Shown one piece after another: positions 41,069-54,711 of a DNA stretch of 64,000 bases (position 1 is the stretch's first letter; each line of letters begins with the position of its first letter). The DNA lies in NCBI RefSeq assembly GCF_011386835.1, contig NC_088809.1, positions 6,386,001 through 6,450,000 on the forward strand, read 5' to 3'. Source of the DNA: Chrysemys picta bellii (lineage: Eukaryota). Under the pieces are notes generated by a model that was not told the DNA's origin, did no database searches, and saw only the letters and a program-made list of their open reading frames with translations. Position numbers and translations under genes: made by a program.

Positions 41069-44000
41069 CAACAAGCATAGTGCTGGTGCTTAGACTACAT
41101 GAACATGAAAAGATTTCAGACACACTTCACAAAAGACATTCATCTCTACTGAGTAAACGTTTAGCCCTAAAATACCAACTCTTTTTGTGCACTGTGTGCT
41201 GTCTGGGCCTAATTCAGTTCATTTTTTAAAGTATTAAGCAGTGTATTTCCCCCTTACCTGGTTATTGTTCTATTTTTGGATCACATTTTAGAATCTGCTT
41301 GCATCCCAACTGTAGTCAGGAAAGTAGTTTTTGAAAAAAAAAAAAAAAAACCTGGTAGTTTATAATGTACTCAGACTTCAATCCAGTCCAGTCCCCTATC
41401 TCTCTCAAAGCAAAAATTTGCTACAAAAGAATTGCTCAAATCAAACCTTTTCCTTACATTTCTGTAACATGTTTTTGTATTAAATAAACAACTTTTAATT
41501 TTGAGGGGGGGAGTCTACTTTAACAAGTCACAATGAAAAGAAAAAGACAACCTCAATTTCATTTATCCCACAGTAACTTTTTAATTAAACTTATATCTCA
41601 TAGATTTTTGGCCTATCAACGCAAGCAAAGGAGCTCAGAATTTCTTCTTCCCACTCCGAATGAGGCAGCATTGCTAGGAATTAAATCTCTACAAGGGTTT
41701 GTACAGTAACCATATAGCTCATTCAGGCTCATTTGCAAATGGAAAAAGGACTTTTCACTAAAACTAGTGGCTTAATATTTCTTAACTATTTCTTCTATAG
41801 CCACAAGGGGGCATCTTTACTGCAGTCGCAAGGGGAAAAAATCATACAAGTGCGGCGTAATGTATTTTTACAAGATGGAAATAACCTGATCTATTAAACT
41901 TATTCCAGGAAAAAGGAAGGGCAAAGCTACCGGGAGTATGCAGGTAAGTTACATAGATGCCAATAAGGCATAAACCCTTTTATTACACCTGCAGAACAAA
42001 CAAGACATAGGAGTGTACTTAGCTGGATGCAGGAAGCATCTAAGACTGAAAGGGATCTGAAACAAGGAGGGGAGGGGAGAGAGAGAGAGAATAGAGAACC
42101 CAAGAATTATTGGGTCAACCCAAAAAAAAAAAAATATGAAAGGAGGTTACAAACTATGATGTGGAAATGGGAGAGAGGAAAGAAAGAAGTGAATATGGAA
42201 GGCTGCCTTGTGACTTTTGGTCTGGAATCACATCCCTCAGTGAGCACTAAGAAGGCATTTCAGATCCCAAAGGGACAGCCACTTCTCTGTAGTATTTTGG
42301 CCAGCTGCGTGAATAGAGAAAAATAAGAACACAAGGGGGAACAAAGTGGCCAAAAAATGGAGATGATTCCATCTTTAAAAATAACAATTATTGTTTTTAG
42401 TACAACTTCAAGGAAGAGAAAGAGTCATGCACAGGGAACTCCAGAGACAGCTAGAAGGAAAAAAATTCTCTTTCAAGGTAAATGGATCCACATGTGCTCC
42501 AACATGAATCCTATAACTCAAACAAGACAGCACAGACTTGTCACCCGATAGGAGCTGAAATGTATATTCTGCACTTTATTCAGACCTCTATGCTATTTTC
42601 TTCAACAGAAAACTTTTGGGGAGGATTCCACAGACTGATGAAGGACATCTCTAGGGCAAATTCCTTTTGACAAAATTTTAGCTGAAAATAATATAAAAAT
42701 ATTTCAGATTTATTTTACGTTCACAGCAACGCTACCTTGTTGTTTTAAAATGTCCTGAGTTAAATGAAAGTCAGAGTCAACAGTGGAAGTAGCCCAAAAA
42801 GCTAGGGTTGTTTAGTGTTACCTTCAACATAGAAGGTTTTATTTTTTCTTCACTTTTTTCCTTCAACTTAAAGATGTGCAAGCTTAAAAGAGAAGACTGT
42901 TCTTGAGAGAGAAGAAGTGCTAATTTCTGCTAACAATACATCTTCAAATAATTTGGATGTCTTTACTCTGAATCCATAATTTAGGATGATTATAGAGAGT
43001 TAAACAGAGATGCAGTAGGAATCTTTATCTCCTGATGCATAAGCATGTACATTCAAATGGGTAATGTATTCAGGTTTCACCTCAGATGAGCAATCCTCAC
43101 ACTATTAATTAGGTATTAAGATTCTTTTTAAAAAAGTCTTATAAAGGGACAGTAGGCAGTACTCTCAGCTACCATCAAATAATTGTTTTCACCACTCAGT
43201 CTCTTATCAATAGAATCTGGACAATGCTTTGCAATCTCTAATGTTAGTATGTATCTACATCTTAAACTGTAATTTAATAGGACACAGCATAAAGAATAAT
43301 CCTAAGTATGAACCGATACACGTGACCTAAAAAGCATACGTGTGAAAATTATGCCCACTCTGCACTGTAACTGATTTTTCTTTTTTAACAGTTCAATGAA
43401 CATGAAAACTAAATCTTTATACAAGGACCTAATTAGATAATCTGAAGTCAACTAGACCTGCCACCCTAGCATTTCCCGGCATGCACATGAAAAAAAAATG
43501 TACAAGACAATTCTGGCATTCAATGGGCTGCTCTGACATGCCGCTCCTATGTAAGTAACTCTGTAAGAGCCAGCATTCTGGTAGATATTATGCGTTTAGT
43601 GTCCCAGTATATGGTGCATCTATTTTAGGTGTCAGCAGGAATCCTAATGTACTTATTAAAATTAGAATCAGGCCTATATTATGCAGCCACCCCAAAAAAA
43701 AAACCTGGCTTTCCTAGCGCACACATACAAAAATTATAAACATGCATACAGACACAAGAAATCACAAGGGTATACTTAAAGTGGCCATGTCAAGTAAAGA
43801 GTTTAACTATGGAGTGCCTAAGTATAGGTTTCACTGTTTATGAAGAATTAAGAGAACTATTCAACTATGATGAACCAAGGCCTCTCACACTATGTAATCT
43901 CACTGACAGTTGCTGATTTTGGCTCTGGACCAGTCCTCCTGGGGACAAAAAAAAAAAAAAAAAAAAAAAAAAACGAAAATCCTACAGAAAATAAGAACTG

Positions 44001-46749
44001 GGTTCAGATCTGAGCCACTGCCCCACCAAGAAACTGCCCACGTGATTTGCAAGGCTCTCTCAAGACCCACTCCTGCTACGATGCCCACAAGGTACTAGCC
44101 AACTAATCTTGGCCAGGTTGTGGAACAGCAGGAAATAACTTATAAATACCAGCTAAAGAAATATTCATAAGGATCCAGTTGTGTGCATAGCCGGCCTATA
44201 CAACTCTGTGATTTTATGATTGCTTTAATCTCTTCTCCTACTGTTGTTATACTCAGCCATTGCTTCCTTTTTCAAATGACCATTTAAGCTATTCAGAGCC
44301 GAGACAACATCCTTGCTAGGTCTGTACACCACAACGTATTATAACAGGGCCCATATAGAGATTGGGGCCTTTGGATGCTACCAAAAAACAAAGATAAAAA
44401 CAGACCAGACATTTACTTCAGAATTATTTCTTCAACATCGAAGCTAACTACTTCTTCCGATTGAACCAAGTACATGGGAGCAAGAGATGCACCCCCGTGC
44501 TACCTACCAGGTACCTGGCCACTCACCCATAGAGCATTGAAAGACAGCCATATTTGATCACAGAAGTCTCTGCAGAAGCTAACGGGTTAATGTAACTTTG
44601 ATAAGGAATGTAATTGAAGTGCTACCCATCTGGCAATCTTTCTAAAAGTGAGGGAGAGGGAGAGGCAGGGAAATCTATTTTACCACATGCTTTCTGGAGA
44701 ATGGCTGTTCTGGAAAGGCTAGTCTGCTCTTTGAGATTTCTCCCCAAAATGCTGTCTGTGAGCATGTTCAGTGGAGTCTTTGCAACACTATTCCCGAAAT
44801 GGGAGTGGCTTGTAATAGGAGTGGCCTGTAAATCTACAGTGGGGAAGTGGTGAGTGTGGATCATTTGACACAAACATGTTCTGCAGAGCAAGTGCTTAGA
44901 AGACCCAACTCCCATCTGAGCCACATGGGTGGTGCCACATTTTGAGGCCTCCCTAAAAATCTGAGGTGTTAACAGCTTGAGGGGGTTATACAGTGTCCAT
45001 AAATAGCCATAAATAGCCATTACAAACCAAACTGGGCACATTCTACAGTAAGGTGGGCTTTTTTCAGAAGAGTTAAGTACAAATATTTATGTTTAAATTA
45101 CAATACAATCGTTTGCACCTCTATAGCATGTCATTAGAAGATCTAAGGGCACCTTATATACATTTACATAGCAACAGCAGCACACTAGGCACTTTACAGA
45201 AAAGTAACTAATTAAAAACTTACACATCCGATAGAGGGGTTGATAGGATATAAATAGATTACTTCATACATTACTTAATTACAGTCACCACTGAAGTGGA
45301 AAGCAGATGCTGTTTAAGAATATACAGCACCACTGTTTAGTTCAGGGCAGAAGGATAGTGTGCCCAAGTAGAAGAGCAACGGGAATTTGGGGAGAATTAA
45401 TTTCACCAGGATGGCTCATATACTGTGCCAATCTCAAGTTTGCTGTCCAAATATTTGTTTTTCTATGGCATTGGCTATATTTAAAATGTTCACTGCATTC
45501 CTTACAGCGATGACCAGGTTTAGAGAAGGAAAATCAATAGATCATCAAAATTAAGATGTCCCCATTTCCATATCAGAATAAAAAGAGATTAAGGAACAGA
45601 CCTGAGCTGCAGAAAGTTGGGAAATCACATTAATACACTGTGAAGTGTCAGAAGAGCAAAAGCTAGGAACACCACAAGATATAATTACCTTGTCTGTGTT
45701 CAGAAATTTGCAGTCTGTGAGCAGATGAACTTCTGTACCAGTGCCTGCTAGAGGCAGATGGGAATGCCTATTTAGCAGACTGACGTTCCCCTGGCAAAAA
45801 AATTTGGCCTAGACAATCATTTAGCTACCTGTACAGCTGGTATCTATATTTTATGTTACTGGCATCCTGCAAAAAATTAGTGTAATGCCCAAATCTGGGC
45901 ACAGCGGAGCCATTCGTTGTACTGGTAACTAGTGAAATTGACTACAGTGCTGGTAACAGAAAAGTATGTCAGGGTTAACCTGGTTATTAGCGTCAGAGCA
46001 AACTGAATTACTTGGAGAGACTCCAGTGCATGAAGTGTTGGTGCCAACCAGAGCAGCAATGCTGGGAGCCAGCCAAGTGGTCGAACAGAGCTTAGTAGCA
46101 TGAATACCAATGATTTTAGTTGTGGTCGGCCTTGTGTAAGCAGCTTTTGAGGCCAGCATGCCCCTCACAGAGTCAAATCCGGTTTCCAAACTGAGCATCT
46201 GTGCACCATCTGAGTCCTAGGGAAAGGAACACAGCTGCGTTCCTTTTCCCAAGAGGTTGGCCATACCTCATGCACGGAGAGGATGTGAAGAGTTTACACC
46301 AAAACATTGTCATTCAAGCCAGTGTAAACTTGGCATCTTAAGGTCATCTAGGAACATCTTTTTAAAGATCCAAGCATGCTTGACTTCAAATGCAAGAACT
46401 GCTGCCACAGGACAAATCTTCTCATTTTCTCCTCTCTTGAACCCAGACTCTCCAGCAACCCTTTCCATCCAGATGAGACTTGTAAAGGCCACAATAGGAG
46501 CCTAACAGATGGATCATGCGCTGAATACCCATCTGCACATAGAAACCAGCCAAAACTCTTTTGTCTGACTTGCTGAGAGGAATCAGACCCAAACACCACT
46601 GAATCTTCTGGAAAATTCACATAACTGGTTCAAAACCACAAAAAGGAAGAAGGAAAGGAGAGAATGAACCTTTAACCAAATTAAAAACTCTTCTACCTTT
46701 TACACAGTCTCCAGAGCAATACATGCTTACCTGTAGGAAAGAGGAGCAA

Positions 46750-46940
46750 GTGCATGTTTTGCCTAGTAACTGGAGTGCAAGACTGAAAGTTATGATTCCT
46801 GGGTTTGTTCCACAGCTCTATGTCTCCTAACCTTGAGCAAGTCACTTAACCTCTCTGGCTCTGTTTCACCACCTACGAAACAAGGATAATGTCTCCCACG
46901 GGGTTTTGAAACATAATGAACACTTGCAAGGTGTTACACA
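46750..46940 (+). mobile_element. MIR/CORE-SINE
   Basis: CCTTGAGCAAGTCACTTAACCTCTCTGGCTCTGTTTC core. Similar copies at about 13405-13530 (+), 26155-26340 (+), 36315-36480 (+), 38440-38600 (-), 40430-40630 (-) and 54730-54940 (-). Confidence 0.65.
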
Positions 46941-48137
46941 GAGACTACTAATATAATTTAAAGAAGAGTCGTGTTACTTTTTGCCATGTCAAGCCATGTT
47001 CTTTACCTGATCCCTCACCTTGCTTTCTCCACACCCCAAGTTTGCCACGATACCTACACTTGCTATGTGTCTGTTATTGTCACACAAAAGAGTAATATCA
47101 CTTGCTCTTAGCATTCGACAGTTTCAGGTGAAGCACAAACAGCACTGGCTTGTAAGCCAGTGGCAATATTACTAAGCAATTACTAAGTGAGACAGCAAAC
47201 TTAGTGCTGCCAGACTGCCTCACATGACAGCCTCTACTGGCTGGCTGAGGAACAATGATGCAGTCATAAGAGTGCTGACTAACTATCCCAAGATGAGTGA
47301 AGTCATGGTATTGTATTTATAAGTAAAATACAAGAATTAGAAATCACCTTTCCTAAAAGCTGTACCCAACAGGTCGTCTTCAGACGTGAACAGAGCATTC
47401 CCAACTAAGAGCACAGAGGGGAAAGGAAGAGACAGAGTTGTACAAAGCTAGATTCAGCATTTAAATCCAGGGGAAGGAAGTGACAAGAAAAGACTCTTCA
47501 GCATGTAGGGACATCAAATGGTTTTTGCCAACTGCTGCCAAACTACAGAGCATTTCCTCCAAGAGTTCTTACACAATACATGGCAGACCCAAAACACATG
47601 GCCAACCTGCCTTCTGAACAGGATTCTGCCCAACATGCTTCCCCTACTAACCCCTTTATGGGATCACCAAAGGCAAAAATATGTATGTAAAAATATATGG
47701 CTAAGTCTTGGCAGTAATTCTTCTGTTATTTCCTGGGAACTTTAGATGGAAAATAGTAGGCAACATCACAAAGGGAAGAATCAAGTCTTTCATATTTTAC
47801 TGCAATAATGCTGGATATCACCTCATCAAGCATTCTGGAGTGGTTTCCATTTATTTCAACAGAGAAGACTCAGCATGCCCTCCAGCTCACAGATACATAT
47901 CACCTCTAAGGGGGGGGGAGGAGGGGGAAACTTGTGTTGAAGTGAAGAAGCCAGCTTCGCAAGACTAACAGGGACACACGTCCTGTATATCACAGGGGAG
48001 AGCTTTCACTCACCCATTAAGCCAAATTTGGGAAATTCTCTATTCACACTGCTCTGATGCTCTATATGCAGGGACATCTTCCCTTCTATAAAAAGATACT
48101 GCTGCTTGTTTTGTGGCTTCAACATTTAGGGATCTTA

Positions 48138-48341
<204 letters not shown>

Positions 48342-50944
48342 TCACAACCCAGCTGACTTTGTATGGTTTAAGTTACAGAAACAGTTACCCCTACTGTGTA
48401 TGGAATTAATGCTATGACCTCGGTTAAGGCCTGCAGTGTACACGCATCCTTCAGAACACAGTAAGATTGTGATAATTTGAGGTTTTTAGCCCAGCTTTGG
48501 CAGACGAGGCAAAGGGGACAGAAAAAGAGATGAAAAGCTATGGGGATTTTTGGCCTCCTGCTGATCACCTGAACGCCACTAAATGTCTCCCTCACATCAG
48601 AGGAGACGACAAACTGAAAGTTTGTTCCCCTGAGATGCTGGGCTGTATAACATCAATGTCAAATTCCAAAGGGGTACTGTTATTTAGGGTTCTCTCTTTC
48701 GTTTACTACTATCCGCCATGACTCTGATAGTCAGCAGCAGGAGTGAGTGGTTTAAAAAAAAAAATTTTTTTTTGAAAAGAGCCACCTTAAACAGTCTTAA
48801 TGTAGAGGTTTTCTTGCTAGAGTAGCAACAGGAGGCAGAAATAACAGAACAGTCATCTGCTCTCAAGCCCGAATGAAAGAAACAGCTCTACATTTAAATT
48901 TTAACACCTGCTCTCAGATGTGGAGCAGTGAAATTAGTTCGCTCACATACAGTTATTGGGGACATGAAGGAGAAGCTATGCGGAATAAGAGGCTTATTGT
49001 GGTGGGAGGCGATGAGCCATATACCCAGAAGAGGTAGTGGAAAAAGGCACTGGTGCAGCTTGGTAATGAGCTCACTCTCCAAGAAGCTATGGACCAGGCA
49101 CCAAAGCTAGCTTCACTTATGGACTAGCCATAGGCAATCAGACACTGAAAAGCTACGGAGCAGCCTCCAAACTCCTTGTACGACATTTATTCCAGGTGCA
49201 ACTCCAAGGACTTTGAAGCCCTTACATCAGTGATGAATTGAGCCCCATTATTGCGTGGCATGGTGTGATATGCATAAGAGGAAGGATCACAAAGACTATA
49301 TCCTCAGATTCACCATGCCCATTTGGAACCCTAGGGCCAAATCATGTTAATGTTATTTCTGCCTGGAAGAAGATCCCATCCCACACTGACATTTAAACAG
49401 ATTTTTAGCGGGGAAGCTTTCTTAATTTGACTAGCAGATCCAATTCTCCTCTTCTCCCATCACCTTTTCCCCTCTCTCTCACGGGAAGTGAAGATGTCCT
49501 GCTAGCACAATCCCACTATACTCCTGCCCAGTGGCACGTCTCACAGTTCTGGGAGTAGCTGGGCAGTCTCTGCCAGTTTCGTCACCAACTCTGGGAAAAG
49601 CTGAAGGACCACCAACAAGACGACAATATCAATCCCCACCACTCCTGTAAAAAAGGAAATTCTGGGAAATGCCCACTTGCAACTAGGAACTTCAAAATAT
49701 ATTCCGTGTCCTTCAGCCAGTGACAGAAAAGCACATTTGGAAACCTGTAACAGCTACAGGCACTAACCTAGTGAAACAGCAAGTTATCATTTCAGAAACC
49801 TCTTATCCCAAATGCAGCTAGCTGATCTGCTTCCACCTGCTAAAGACACAAATATCTGAAGGTTAATGAGCTGACAGGGTTCTTGTGTGAACGATGTCAA
49901 CAGGAAAACCTTCAGTGATCTCTGCGTTCTGAACTGCTAAAAGAAGGGAACGGTGCCCATCCATCTGGTGCAGTACTGTTGAACAAAAGACCATAGGGCT
50001 CCTGTGAAGCTGTGCCAGATTCGAGCCCTGAGGTTTGTTTCACAGCACTGGTGCCATCTGACAAGGCTTCCTGCTTGCTCCCCTACCTCTCAGTTATAGG
50101 GAACATGCATGAACTGCAATTCGACTCCTTCTGGGATGTTTTAACATCAGTCAGTTCATGGAAAAGAAACCTAAACTCAGCTTTGGCAAGTAGAGGAGGT
50201 AGCAATGTTCAAATACTATGACTTAATGTTCAGATTTACAGTGTTTAAATATACATCTATGTTCTGTTATTCATTTGTGATCTGAGTTTTCTTTAAAGAA
50301 AAGTCTTGCAAGGCCTGTTCTACAGCTGGCATTGTTACCCCTAGGGCAATGTAAAATGCATCAGAAATTTTACTTTTATAGAGCAGATAGATGGTATCTT
50401 CCATATCTAATTAGGATCTATTGCCAGTACAGGGTACTGTATTCCAATAGAGGCCTTACCAACTGCAAAATGACACCACGTTGCTACCAAAACCTTAATA
50501 TTTTCTTCATTTGATAGAAAAAGCGCTCTACGGCTCCTAGTTAATATTTACATGGAAAAACAAATTTCTCTTTCAAATACTCTTAAGTCAAGGAGAACAA
50601 GGTCAGTCAGCAACCACCCTTCCCTTCCCCTCCCACTTTTTTCAGAATCCCAAATATACTTCTTACTTTGGAGATTTTCTTTGGGCTTCCATTCGGAAAT
50701 CAAAAATCACCCCGTCCCATAAACCTCCAGCAAAATGGCATTAGTACCAAACAGTAAAATGAACACAACTACTTCCCCACAGCTAACCCGCTGGACAGTC
50801 AGAGCCCAAATGGCAGAAACACAGAAAAAAAGGTTCAAACCGGTTCACTGAGCTGCGAATGCTTAAGTAGACTTGAACCCATTCGATCAGCAGGAAAAGG
50901 CCGGTGACATGAACAACTGAAATGAGAAACAAAACACAGAGTTA

Positions 50945-51193
<249 letters not shown>

Positions 51194-52129
51194 CTACATT
51201 TTTATTTTCTGAAACTTGTCATTAACCCCCCCCTTAGGAGATTATTTAAAAAGCCCCAAGATATGACAACTACCTGAAGAAAAATATTTTGTAATGATGT
51301 CAAGAATGGATTAATAAGTAATATTCAGGCCAAATCATGCCAGTGTCAGTCAAACTAGAAACTGAGTGGCTGAATAGGTGTTTCTTCTTCATCTGTTTCA
51401 AGCCTAACCACAAGCCACAGTGAAAATGGCCTTCATAGTCTCCATCGGTCTACGTTAAATAAAACCCACAGATTTTAGCACAGTTGTTAATTTCTATTCA
51501 TGAAGAAACAAAAACCAAGGAAGCAGAGGCACAGAAGATCAAGAGTAAGGGGTGTGTCAGAGAGGTCTGACTAAATTACAATGAGGTGCGTGTATGACCA
51601 CATTATGACTGGTTCAAACCAATACCCTCAGGTTCTTCCTTTCTATGAGCATAAAATTAATTTAACTTCAGATTAAAAAATAAAAAATAATCCATACTGA
51701 GGTCAGAATACTGAGGTGGGATTTTGAAAGGCATCTCCCAGTGTTTAGTTGTCTGACTGCTACTGGAGGAAATAAGCACACAAAATAAGAGATATGGTGT
51801 TAGGTGAGAATATCTCCCAAGATTCAGTGAAGCCTAATGTTCACCTCCCTATTAAAAGTTGTAGGAGTGTCAGATAAATCAGGTCACTTAGTTGTTTGGA
51901 CATTACAAACCCTTACAGGGAACAGAATGACTGCCTTTATATCTATGTGTACTTTGGTTTTAAATATATTCTGAACAGTAGTTCAAAATAAATTGTCTAT
52001 TTGCATCACCCAGGGGAAATTATTCACATGTCCACAATGAGGACAGAACTGCACAGGCTTCTTATGTTTGCTGTCTCACAGCCCCATGTAAAACTTACTA
52101 CTCAAGAGACACTCCTCCAATTCAGAATT

Positions 52130-52620
52130 AAATGCATATTAAATATCTACACTGGCTTTTCCTCCTCCCCTTCCACATTAAATTCAAACCTCTCCTCTTC
52201 ACATTAAATTCCTGCTTTTTCTCAGTCACCACTCTGCCCCTGCCAACATTTATCTTCATCTCCTCCTACGCTCCCCTCCTGCTCCAAAAGTTGTGCCCAA
52301 ATTTCTCTCCTAACTGCTCCCTTTGTCTACTTCATCTATACTCCCGACTTGACGATTTTTTCCTACAGCCCATTTAATGTTTAGGGCAGCCCCCCAGTTA
52401 AGATACACCTAGCCCCACAACCTCCCTCCCTCCTTCAAACATCAGACAGGTCACCATTCCATGAAGCCAACTGTCAACAGCAACCTCATCTTATGCCTGT
52501 TCTGCACTGCACCTGCTCATGTCTTTAGACCGTAAACTCTTCAGAAAGGGGATTCGGTTCTCTGGCATATTTTATCTATTGTACTTTACAATTTACACTT
52601 ACAATGGTTACCATTAAAGA
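52130..52620 (+). mobile_element. L2 LINE 3' fragment
   Basis: LHWL...HIKFKPLLFT motif; TAGACCGTAAACTCTTCAGAAAGGGG L2-type tail. Confidence 0.6.
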
Positions 52621-53664
52621 GTTTGCATTTCCCATAGTTCAGTATGTTCCACTGCAGTATATATTCCACCTATCAGAAATACCCTAGTATAGTAAATACC
52701 CTAGTACAGTATGTACTTTCCTATGGCATCCACTTTATAACAGAACAAAAACAACATGAGGAACCTGATACACTTATTTAATCCGACAAGCATCAGTAAA
52801 GTGAGGATGAGTTATCTTTAGGTTCCAGCAACTTCTCGAACCATTCAAGACAACTATGCTCCTGTTGCAGCCTCCATATATTCTGGGATGGAAATGAAAA
52901 CATACAGCAAGATCAGCATATTAGGCCTTGAAACCAGGTGCTTTAACCTGGGAGAATTACATCATTAAAAGGGAAGAACCCTCATCCCCCCTCACCTGAG
53001 CCCTCCAACCCTTCTCCCCAACCCCCTATCACCATAATCCACTCTCTCCTCGCTGGAGTCCCAAACACCTCTTCACTTACTGCCCCCATTCCTCCGCTCC
53101 TTCACCTCCCAGCAAGCATTCACATGTCTAATTTATTTTATTTTCAAAAACAGTTTGATTGCATTTTCCCCATTTTTATTTTTAAAGACAGAGTTTAGCA
53201 ACACGCCTTCAAACCTTATCACTTCAAGGGCAGAAAACTGAACATTGGCTGAGGGTAGATCAAGAGATTCTGCGTACACGCTTTAGCTGACCAGCTGCAA
53301 CGGAAACTGGCAGGCTAGAAAGCCTTTTGGCTATTCTGTGTGCACAGTAATCCATCTGGTGCATAAGAATTAGGCACATGCTTAACTAGAGAGCTAAACT
53401 CTCTCCCGAATACTATTTGCAATTTTGCTCCCCCCAGGGATATTGGGTGCCATGCACTCTCTAGGGTTAACTCTCGAGCAATTAAGACCCTTGTGCCAGG
53501 ATTGCAGCCCTGGTAGAATCCATGAATCTTAAGAAAAGCTGCTTTTTTTCCCCCCCCAAGGAGGGGGAGCTGTACCTCAAAAAATCTTTTCAAGTGACCC
53601 CAAATTTGGATCACTAATCCTACCCTTTCCCCCATAAGGCTCACCAAATTTCAAAGGAATCAAA

Positions 53665-53964
53665 GGGTATGTCTACACTTCCAGCCGGATCAGCGAGCAG
53701 CGATCGATCCAGCAGGGATGGATTTATCGCGTCTAGACTAGACGCAATAAATCGACCCCCGAGCCCTCTCCCATCAACTCCTGTACTCCAGTGCCGCGAG
53801 AGGCGCAGGCGGAGTCGACGGGGGAGCGGCAGCAGTCGACTCACCACGGTGAAGACACCACAGTAATTCAATCTAAGTACGTTGACTTCAGCTACATTAT
53901 TCACGTAGCTGGAGTTGCGTAACTTAAATCGACACCCCCTCTCCCGCCCAGTGTAGACCATGGC
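53665..53964. mobile_element. PIF/Harbinger-like MITE
   Basis: GGGTATGTCTACACT ... AGTGTAGACCATGGC followed by TAA; many CpGs retained. Confidence 0.75.
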
Positions 53965-54433
53965 TAAGTAACATTGGAGATTTTAAAGCACTTTAAGAAG
54001 TCCAGCATGAAATAGAACGCTATTCTAAACCTGAACTATAGCAGAGCTGGCACTCCACTATACCAACAACAACTGTGGAGAAAGGCCCCCACTAATGAAA
54101 TCTTGAAGAGAAATATTACTTTGGCCAGTATACATAAAGCCGATAAAACATTTAGAAGGAATGTGTGCAGGCAGAGTCAGGAAAACAACGTGGGCAGCTG
54201 CATTCAAACACAATGCATCAATTATCATTTTTCTTAGCCACTGTTTAAAAAAGAAACGTTTTTTGGATTCTCTCTTTGGAATCAAAATCTTCAGTCAGAG
54301 GCATGGATAATCTTTAAAATTCTTGTCCAGAAATTCTGTTGTTTGAAGGTTATCACTTGTACAGGTTTAGGTGCCTTCCCACTGTTCACCTTCTGTTAAC
54401 TGAACAAAAGGACTGGAGCCTTCAAGACAATAA

Positions 54434-54711
54434 GGATATGTTTACACTACAGCCACACAGCTACCGCACTGCAGCTGTCCCATTGTGGTGTAGAGGCTTC
54501 TTCCATCGACAGAAGGAGTTTTTCCATCAATGTAGATAGTTCCCATCTTTCAGAGAGGTGGACTATGTCAAAAGAAGAATCATTCCATTGACTTAAAGAC
54601 ATGTACACCAGGGGTTAGGTGGGCCAAAGTTATGGTGCTCAGAGCACATCATTTTTCATAGCCCTGGTCGATGTAGTCAGGTCAACCTAAGTTCTAGGTG
54701 CAGACCAGGCC
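54434..54711. mobile_element. PIF/Harbinger-like MITE (older)
   Basis: TAA then GGATATGTTTACACT ... GGTGCAGACCAGGCC. Confidence 0.6.

Noticed and set aside
41907-41949. Plus-strand mini-exon ending CAG|GTAAGT
   Set aside because: Isolated, with no partner exons or promoter; compatible with chance.
42822-42882. 61-nt minus-strand pseudoexon (ttttaag|...GAAG|gtaaca) with an in-frame stop
   Set aside because: Several competing AGs and a weaker donor; shows that pseudoexons are common here.
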